This document shows positions 46,142-52,797 of a DNA stretch of 52,797 nt, one piece after another. Numbering within the stretch: position 1 is the first letter of the stretch; the number at the start of each line of letters is the position of its first letter. Source of the DNA: a bacterium (lineage in GTDB: Bacteria; Desulfobacterota; DSWW01); the NCBI GenBank assembly GCA_040756235.1, contig JBFLZG010000120.1, forward strand, positions 1 through 52,797, read 5' to 3'. The notes beneath the pieces are model-generated. The model worked only from the letters and a program-made list of their open reading frames with translations. It did not search any database and was not told where the DNA came from. Both the position numbers and the translations under genes were made by a program.

Positions 46142-46693
46142 CTAGTAGTGGCAAGCGAGCCAGCAGTCGATCTGCGCTTCCCGTCTCTTGTGGCAGTCGA
46201 TGCAGAAGCCCATCAGGAAGTTGACGCGCGGGATCCGGTCCATGTTCTCGACCTGGCCGTGACATTCCACGCATTCGAGCTTCGCGAAACGCATGTGAGG
46301 CTCATGGGTGAACTGGACGTGGTCGGGCACGAAGAACACCCGGATCCAGCGGACCGGCTCGCCGGTCTCCCAGTGCTTCCGTTCCTTCACGATCCAGGGA
46401 TGCTTGGGGATGATGTACTCGTGACAAAAAAAACATTTCTTCATTTCCGGCAGCCCGGCTGCCTCCGACACGTTCACATAAGGGTGGCAGAAACGGCAGT
46501 CGATCCTTTTCACGCCCGCGTGGATGCGATGACTGAACGGGATCGGCTGCTTGGGGCCCAGATCGCGACGGGGAAACTGGTAAAAGAGGTAGAGCAGGGC
46601 CGCCAGTACGGCGAAGGTGAGACCCAGTACGAGGTACCACCTCCTGCCGGCGACCGGGCGGACTGCTCTCGGCTCATCCATGGCATCGCCCAT
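46142..46693 (-). CDS. actA: Membrane-anchored multiheme cytochrome c, ActA/QrcA-like
   Basis: One TM, PKQPIPFSHRIHAG, CRFCH, CFFCH, VPDHVQFTHEPH, CVECH, MGFCIDCH, CWLACH. Confidence 0.85.
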   Translation of the reverse strand: MGDAMDEPRAVRPVAGRRWYLVLGLTFAVLAALLYLFYQFPRRDLGPKQPIPFSHRIHAGVKRIDCRFCHPYVNVSEAAGLPEMKKCFFCHEYIIPKHPWIVKERKHWETGEPVRWIRVFFVPDHVQFTHEPHMRFAKLECVECHGQVENMDRIPRVNFLMGFCIDCHKRREAQIDCWLACHY

Positions 46694-47900
46694 TCATACC
46701 TCTCTCTCCCGGGCCGGACCACGAGCCCGGGATCGGTACGAGCGGGTATCGCCGGAAGAACAGGAGGAGGCAGAAGCTCATGAGCCCGAGAAAACCGGCC
46801 GTGATCAGGGCTTCCGCGAGCCCGATCGGCAAAGTCTCTCCCGCCCAGAGGGAGGGGATGACGAGGAGGAACCTTTCCAGCCACATGCCGATCAGGATGA
46901 TCAGGCTGAGCCCGATCATGGCCGCCGGAGTCTTCTTCGCGCTGCGGCTGAGGAGCACCACGAAGGGCAGGGCAAAGCAGACGATGAGCACGGTCAGCGA
47001 CAGCGTGCTCCAGGGGCTCTGCCGCACCCGCAGGATCACGAACGGGGTCTCCTCGCTCAGGTTCCCGTACCAGATCACGAGAAACTGGGTAAAAAAGAAA
47101 TCCGCCGTTACGAGACAGAAGGCCAGCATCAGCTTGCCCAGATCGTGGAGCTGTTTCGGCTGGACGTATGCCTCCCCGCCTTTCCTCCTTGACAGCAGGG
47201 CGGCCATCAGCATGAGGACCGCCAGGCCCGTGTAGAGAGATCCGACGAAGTAGTAGGCGCCGAACAGGGTGCTGAGCCAGTGGGGATCCAGCGACATGAT
47301 GAGGTCGAAGGCGAGCAGGGTCAGCACGAAGCCGTACAGCACCGCGACCAGCGGCGGCAGGATGCGCTCGATCCGCGCAAGTCCCGAAAGAGGCGCCGGC
47401 TGCTGCGCCCCTGCCTGCCGGTCTCGTCGTACCGAGGCGTGGACCAGGGCGACCGACGAGGCCGTGAACGCCAGGATGCCGACCCCGTCGCGCGCAAAGA
47501 GAAACGGAACATTGAGCCAGGCCGCCTTCTCCGGCACCGGCTCGTGAATCCACGGGAACAGGTATTCCCGGCCGGCGTAAAGGATCCAGAAGAGCACGAA
47601 CGCGAACGGGAGAAAGGAGGCCGGCGCTTCCGCGAGGCGCTGGATCTGGCCGGCCCAGCACGCGTTGGTCATCCTCAGGGCGGCGGAAAAGACCACGGCC
47701 CCGAAAGCCATGCCGGTCCAGAAGAGGAAGTTCACCAGGTAGGCCTGCCAGGCACGCTGAGGCTCGGACCCGCGGATGACCACGACGAACGCGACAGCGC
47801 CGACCAGCACCAGGGCGGCCGAGGCCGCGAGCCAGGGCATGCTCCCTGTTCCGCGCGCCGCAGCGGGGGCTTCCTCCGGGCGGTCAAGCTTCCGTTTCAT
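46674..47900 (-). CDS. actF: Alternative complex III membrane subunit ActF
   Basis: RAWQAYLVNFLFW, LFPW, WLNVPF, DLIMSLDPHWLSTLFG, HDLGKLMLAF, QFLVIWYGNLSEE. Confidence 0.88.
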   Translation of the reverse strand: MKRKLDRPEEAPAAARGTGSMPWLAASAALVLVGAVAFVVVIRGSEPQRAWQAYLVNFLFWTGMAFGAVVFSAALRMTNACWAGQIQRLAEAPASFLPFAFVLFWILYAGREYLFPWIHEPVPEKAAWLNVPFLFARDGVGILAFTASSVALVHASVRRDRQAGAQQPAPLSGLARIERILPPLVAVLYGFVLTLLAFDLIMSLDPHWLSTLFGAYYFVGSLYTGLAVLMLMAALLSRRKGGEAYVQPKQLHDLGKLMLAFCLVTADFFFTQFLVIWYGNLSEETPFVILRVRQSPWSTLSLTVLIVCFALPFVVLLSRSAKKTPAAMIGLSLIILIGMWLERFLLVIPSLWAGETLPIGLAEALITAGFLGLMSFCLLLFFRRYPLVPIPGSWSGPGERGMNGRCHG

Positions 47901-48399
47901 GGATTTCCTCGGCTCCCGTTTCCTGGAGAAGCCGTGTGATCTCATCCCGCTCCGTCCCCCCGGCATAGGGGACGAGCAGCCCGAAGCGGTCCTCCGAGAA
48001 CCTCGGGTCGTAGTAGGCCGGGATGCGGAAGCGAGGCAGCCGGGTCATGAGGAGCATCCCGACAAAAGTGAGGCCCACTCCGAAGAGGATCGTGAATTCG
48101 AAGGCGACGATGACGAACGGCACCCAGGGGATGATCGGCTTTCCGCTCATGATGAGCTTCCACTGGAGGACCGTGTACACGGCGAGCCCTATCCCCGAGG
48201 CCGCCCCGAGGATGCCGCCGAACAGGGTGAACAGCCGCACCGGGCCCGCTTTCTCGTTCATCGCCTCCTGGACCTCGCGGGCAGGGATGGGCGTGAGAAC
48301 GGTGAAACGCCTGCCTTCTTTCCGGAGCGCTTCCAGCGCTGCCAGGAGGTCATCGAGATAGGCGAACACCGCAATGAGCGCAGGGCCCTGCTTGGCCAT
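47884..48399 (-). CDS. actD: Alternative complex III subunit ActD (DUF3341)
   Basis: TPIP, SGKP..PWVPFVIVAFEFTILFG, YDPRFSEDRFG, GAEEI. Confidence 0.88.
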   Translation of the reverse strand: MAKQGPALIAVFAYLDDLLAALEALRKEGRRFTVLTPIPAREVQEAMNEKAGPVRLFTLFGGILGAASGIGLAVYTVLQWKLIMSGKPIIPWVPFVIVAFEFTILFGVGLTFVGMLLMTRLPRFRIPAYYDPRFSEDRFGLLVPYAGGTERDEITRLLQETGAEEIHETEA

Positions 48400-48436
48400 G
48401 TCGGGAAGAGATCCTCCGTTTCGACGCCCGACGGTC

Positions 48437-49765
48437 TCAGTCGCCGGCCGCGGCCCTCCTTCTCAAGGGAGGCTCGAGCTCCTCCTTCACCTCCGCGATG
48501 GAGACGGTCGGCAGGAATTTCGCGAACAGAAGGAAGAGAAAGAAGAAAAGGCTGAATGAGCCGAGCAGAATTCCGTAGTCGACCCACGTGGGATGGTAGA
48601 GAGCCCAGGTGTAAGGGTCGAAGGAGCGGGCCGGCGAGCTGATGATGATCACGTAGCGCTCGTAGTACATGCCGATCAGGATGAGCACCGCGATGGTGAG
48701 GAGCGGAACGATGTGGGTCCTGAACCATCGGAAAAAGAAGAACAAGGGAGCCAGCGAGTTGCACAGGAGCATGATCCAGGTCATGGGGGCGTAGTACCCG
48801 ACCAGGCGCCAGACGAACGTGTCCCGCTCCACCTCGTTTCCGCTGTACCAGGCGATGAAGAACTCGGTCATGTAGGAGTAGCCCATGATGAGCCCGGTCA
48901 GGACGATGGTCTTGGCGATGCTGTCCAGGGTCTTCACGGTGATGATGTTCTCGAACTGATAGATCTTTCGCAGAGGAATGAGCAGCACGAGCACCATGGC
49001 GAGCCCGGAATGAATGGCGCCGGCCACGAAGTAAGGGGCGAAGATCGTGCTGTGCCAGCCCGGCATGATCCCCAGGGCGAAGTCCCAGGAGACGACGCTG
49101 TGGACCGAGATCACCAGAGGAGTGGCGAGCGCGGCGAAGAACAGATAGGCGCGGCCGTAGTGGTGCCACTGCCGGTTGCTGCCGGTCCAGTTGAGGGAGA
49201 GGATCCCGTAGAGCTTGCGACGGACCCCGACCGAGCGGTCCCGCACGCTCGCCAGGTCCGGGACGAGCCCCGTGTACCAGAACAGCACGCTCACGATGAG
49301 ATACGTGGATATGGCGATCACGTCGAAGACCAGAGGAGACTGGAAGTTGGGCCAGAGGTTCCTCTGGTTGGGGTAGGGGAGGATCCAGTACACGATCCAG
49401 ACCCTGCCCAGATGGATCAGGGGAAAGAGGCCGGCCGTCACGATGGCGAACACCGTCATCGCTTCGGAGCTGCGGGAGATGGCGGTTCGCCAGGTACCCC
49501 GAAACAGATACAGAATGGCCGAGATCAGGGTGCCGGAGTGGGCGATGCCGACCCAGAACACGAAGTTCACCAGGTAGGTCCCCCAGGTGACGGGGCTGTT
49601 CACGCCCGCGACTCCCAGACCGACAGCGATCTGGTACCCCCAGAATGAGGCGCCGATGAGCATGCCGACGAAGCAGAGCCCCAGTGCGAGCCGGTAAGTC
49701 TTTCCCGGCGGAGCCATGGCCCGGATGATTTCCCGGTTGACCGTCCTGTAAGTCATCTCGCTCAT
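48437..49765 (-). CDS. actC: Alternative complex III quinol-oxidising subunit ActC (NrfD family)
   Basis: WGTYLVNFVFWVGIAHSGTLISA, EAMT, IHLGR, PNFQSPLVFD, SVHSVVSWDFA, GWHSTIFAPYFVAGAI; ATGA overlap with actB. Confidence 0.93.
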   Translation of the reverse strand: MSEMTYRTVNREIIRAMAPPGKTYRLALGLCFVGMLIGASFWGYQIAVGLGVAGVNSPVTWGTYLVNFVFWVGIAHSGTLISAILYLFRGTWRTAISRSSEAMTVFAIVTAGLFPLIHLGRVWIVYWILPYPNQRNLWPNFQSPLVFDVIAISTYLIVSVLFWYTGLVPDLASVRDRSVGVRRKLYGILSLNWTGSNRQWHHYGRAYLFFAALATPLVISVHSVVSWDFALGIMPGWHSTIFAPYFVAGAIHSGLAMVLVLLIPLRKIYQFENIITVKTLDSIAKTIVLTGLIMGYSYMTEFFIAWYSGNEVERDTFVWRLVGYYAPMTWIMLLCNSLAPLFFFFRWFRTHIVPLLTIAVLILIGMYYERYVIIISSPARSFDPYTWALYHPTWVDYGILLGSFSLFFFLFLLFAKFLPTVSIAEVKEELEPPLRRRAAAGD

Positions 49766-52731
49766 GCTCGGACACCCAAGCCGGTGCGGACCTTCTTCAG
49801 GTAGATCACGGCAGGCTTCGTGTTGAGATAACCCAGGACCTGATACCTCCTGTGGTCCCGGATCAGCCGGCTCACGCGGCTCTCGGGATCGAGAAGGTTT
49901 CCGAAGACGAGCGTCTCGGTGGGACAGGTCTGGGCGCAGGCGGTCGTGAAGTCCCCGTCCCGGACCTTTCTCCCTTTCTCCTTGGCGTCCCGCTTGGCCT
50001 GGACGATGCGCTGGATGCAGAAGGAGCACTTCTCCATGATGCCCTTCTGGCGCACCGTCACGTCCGGGTTCAGCTGCCAGTCCAAAGGGTAATCACGGGT
50101 AAAGGTGAACCAGTTGAACCGCCTGACCTTCCACGGGTCGTTCTGCAGGCAGAAGCGGGTCCCGAAACATCGGTTGTAGACCTGGTTGTTCAAGCCCTCG
50201 CTGTTGTGATGGGGGGCGAACACGGGACAGACGGCCTCGCACGGGGCGTAGTCGCAGTGCTGGCAGAGCATCGGCAGCCAGCGGATCTCGTGCCCCTCCT
50301 CCTCGAAATAGCGCTGGATGCGGAGCCACGACATCTCCCGCTGGCGGATCACTTGCTCCCGGCCGACCACGGCCACGTTGTTTTCCGCATAGCAGGCCAC
50401 CACGCAGGCGCCGCAGCCGATGCATCGGTCCAGGTCCGCGACCATGCACCACCGGTACTCTTTGTGCTGGTGGGGCAAGTAGAAGTCCTCTTTGGGATCG
50501 AACCCCTCCGGGAGCGGCATGTCGATTTCGGGCGGTTCTCTGGACAGCGCGGACCGGTACTCGTCCAAGGAAAGGGTCCGGGCCATGCCGCGGCCGTGCT
50601 GGAGGTAGCTGCCGTCGGTGTGCGCCACCGGGAGGTTGCGGCCGACCGAGCGGATCCTGACCCGGAGCGAGGCGCGCCCCAGGGCCCCGGAGCCCGGGTC
50701 GATCTCCGCGGGGAAAAGAGCGAGGGCGTTGCCTGGGACGCCGGCGGCGAATCTTCCGAGGCCCGTGTGGCCCTGGCCGATCGGCATGGCCAGGGTGCCC
50801 CGGGGGACGGTCCACAGGGGGATGGCCTGGACCTCGAGAGAGCCGTAGGGAGACTCGAGCCCGAGGAGGTCTCCCTTCCTGATGCCGGCACGTTCGGCGT
50901 CTTCCGGGTGGATCTCCACCCATGCGCCCCAGGTGATCTGGGTGACGGGGTCCGGGAGCTCCTGCATCCAGAGGTGATTGGCCATCCGGCCGTCGTAGAG
51001 CTGGATGGTCGGCCTGGCGCTGAAATGGAAGAGGTCACGGCCAGGCTCGGCGGCGTCCGGCACCTGGAACAGGGAAGCCTGCGGCCGCCGGACGGTCAGC
51101 TCCGGGTGCGCGCCTTCCCCGGAGTCCCAGAAGCCTCCCCTCTCCACGGCCTTTTCCCAGAAGATCTCGGAGGACAGCTCCGGGGCGGCTTTCCTGCCGA
51201 TTCCCTGCCAGCGGCTGCGCAGCATCCCGTAGAAGTCGGGCCACGGGAAAGGACCTTCTCCCTTCAGCTTCTTGCCGGTGGCGATCAGGACGTCCCCGGC
51301 ATGGCGGGTCTGGAAGAGGTTCCCCATGGTCGGCTGCATCAGGCCGAGCACGCCTTTTCTCGGCTCGTAGTCGCCCCAGGCCTCCAGCGGAGAGTGCGAA
51401 GGCAGGATGAGGTGGGCGCAGGCGGTCGTCTCGTCCGCCGCGCTGGAAAGGCTCACGATCAGGGGTATCTTCTGCAGGCAGGCGCTCCATTCAAAGGCAG
51501 GAGGCAGCCCGTAGACCGGATTGGCCCGGTGGACGACGAGGACGTCCACTTCACCGCTGCGCGCTCTGTCGGCCAGCGCTTTCATGTCCGCGGCCCGTGC
51601 GATTTGGCCGAGGGCCAGGGGCCGGCCGAAATCGATCGTTGCGCGCGTCCCCGGCCGGACCGCGCACAGGAGGTTTGCAGCGGCTGCGGTGGCCGTGGCG
51701 TGGGGGCCGCTGAAAGGAAGGCCGTCGGCGAGCGCCAGGGGCCTTTCGGCCCGGGCGAAGCCGCGCGCCACTTCCCGGATCGCCTCCTGAGGGACGCCGG
51801 TCCTCTCCTGGATCAGGCTCAACGGGAGCTCCCTGACCGCAGCCTGAAGAGGCTGGCGAGCCTGGGCGGACGTGCCGGTGGCGCTCTGTTCGTCCAAGAG
51901 TGCCCGGATGATCCCGAGCGCCACCCACTGCTCGTCACCGGGCGCCACGGGCAGCCACAGATCCGCGTTCGCCGCCGTCGCCGATCGCTTGGGCCCCACG
52001 TAGACGAAAGGATTCCTGCCCGCCTCCCGGATGCGGTGGAACTCGGCGAACTGGCGGGCGAGCTCCAGGTTGGAAATCCACGTCTCCAGGAAGTCGGCCC
52101 CGAAAGAAACGATAAAGTCGGCCCGGTCGATGCGGTACGAGGGCACGGCGTCGCGGCCGAAGACCTCCCGGTTGGCGGCCCGCAGCGGTTCGTAGGCGAT
52201 CGGCTCGTAGCGCAGGAGCCGGCCGCCGCCGACTTCGCGGCTCCACAGCTGCATCAGCTCGAGCAGCGTGCCGGTGACGAGGTTCGAAAGGATGACGACG
52301 CGCCCCTCGCCGCCCTTGCTGACCGTCTCGGCGAGCCGCTCGGCGAGGAGCCTCTCGCCCACTTCCCAGGTGACGGGTGCGAGCGTGCCGTCCGGCTCCC
52401 TTTTCAGCGGGACTCGAAAGCGATCGGGATTGTAGAGGCCGTGCAGCGAGGCCTGCCCCCTCGGACAGAGTTTTCCCTGGCTTACCGGGTGGGCGGGATT
52501 GCCTTCGACTTTGATGATGCGGCCGTCACGGTTCTTCGCGAGCAGGCCGCAGCCGGCCGGACATTCCCGGCAGGTCGACGCGTACCAGACCGACTGGCCG
52601 GGAACCACATCTTCGGGCGGGATGATGTAGGGGACGAGGTATCGAACCGGATCCGAGCAGCCGGTCACGGCGGCGCCGGTGCCGCCCAGGCCCATGATCT
52701 TGAGAAAGTCCCGACGGCCGATCTCCGCCAT
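49762..52731 (-). CDS. actB: Alternative complex III subunit ActB (molybdopterin-oxidoreductase-like domain + Fe-S domain)
   Basis: Tat signal GRRDFLK with lipobox-like VTGC, LVPYIIPPED, KVEGNP, LQELPDP-like motif, C-terminal CIGCGACVVACYAENN, CQHC..APC, RRFNW, LNPDVTVR..GIMEKCSFC. Confidence 0.93.
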   Translation of the reverse strand: MAEIGRRDFLKIMGLGGTGAAVTGCSDPVRYLVPYIIPPEDVVPGQSVWYASTCRECPAGCGLLAKNRDGRIIKVEGNPAHPVSQGKLCPRGQASLHGLYNPDRFRVPLKREPDGTLAPVTWEVGERLLAERLAETVSKGGEGRVVILSNLVTGTLLELMQLWSREVGGGRLLRYEPIAYEPLRAANREVFGRDAVPSYRIDRADFIVSFGADFLETWISNLELARQFAEFHRIREAGRNPFVYVGPKRSATAANADLWLPVAPGDEQWVALGIIRALLDEQSATGTSAQARQPLQAAVRELPLSLIQERTGVPQEAIREVARGFARAERPLALADGLPFSGPHATATAAAANLLCAVRPGTRATIDFGRPLALGQIARAADMKALADRARSGEVDVLVVHRANPVYGLPPAFEWSACLQKIPLIVSLSSAADETTACAHLILPSHSPLEAWGDYEPRKGVLGLMQPTMGNLFQTRHAGDVLIATGKKLKGEGPFPWPDFYGMLRSRWQGIGRKAAPELSSEIFWEKAVERGGFWDSGEGAHPELTVRRPQASLFQVPDAAEPGRDLFHFSARPTIQLYDGRMANHLWMQELPDPVTQITWGAWVEIHPEDAERAGIRKGDLLGLESPYGSLEVQAIPLWTVPRGTLAMPIGQGHTGLGRFAAGVPGNALALFPAEIDPGSGALGRASLRVRIRSVGRNLPVAHTDGSYLQHGRGMARTLSLDEYRSALSREPPEIDMPLPEGFDPKEDFYLPHQHKEYRWCMVADLDRCIGCGACVVACYAENNVAVVGREQVIRQREMSWLRIQRYFEEEGHEIRWLPMLCQHCDYAPCEAVCPVFAPHHNSEGLNNQVYNRCFGTRFCLQNDPWKVRRFNWFTFTRDYPLDWQLNPDVTVRQKGIMEKCSFCIQRIVQAKRDAKEKGRKVRDGDFTTACAQTCPTETLVFGNLLDPESRVSRLIRDHRRYQVLGYLNTKPAVIYLKKVRTGLGVRA

Positions 52732-52797
52732 TCCGCAGGAACCTCGGGTCAGGGGTGTGAGGAGCAGCAGATCCGGAGCTTGCGGGAATTCGGCCTC

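Noticed and set aside
43737..46274. 845-aa ORF suggesting a large CcoO fusion
   Set aside because: The N-terminal ~516 aa is an alternate frame over ccoN and actA; real ccoO starts at the ATGA overlap at 44726.

Overview
This is GC-rich bacterial DNA whose gene content suggests a Deltaproteobacteria/Desulfobacterota-like anaerobe or microaerophile (inference). It has three blocks. (1) 1-26418 is an all minus-strand catabolic cluster of about 23 genes. It encodes three OYE/TMADH-type flavin oxidoreductases, a racemase, a Tat-less DMSO-reductase-family Mo enzyme (anchor-catalytic-FeS order), four SDRs, a lactonase, a tandem SnoaL protein, DUF1329, two MmgE/PrpD proteins, PrpF/Mii, LeuCD-like and ICL/Dml-like enzymes, with an internal GntR and an upstream MarR. 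I do not recognise this combination as a characterised pathway, and it is the best candidate for an undescribed system. (2) 27.4-39.2 kb is a stress/dormancy-type block (FtsH, PLD-VTT, EEP, a sigma70 lacking region 1.1, PfkB, M50-CBS protease, HPF-CSD, PNPOx-like) with two deletion scars. (3) 39.1-52.7 kb is a rearranged alternative complex III operon joined to a CcoP-less cbb3 oxidase and a CcoI-like ATPase. Intergenic spaces hold REP-like hairpins, a MITE nested in a REP loop, and heptamer repeats. I found no rRNA, tRNA, CRISPR or transposase. All calls come from motif recognition by eye; no database searches were run.
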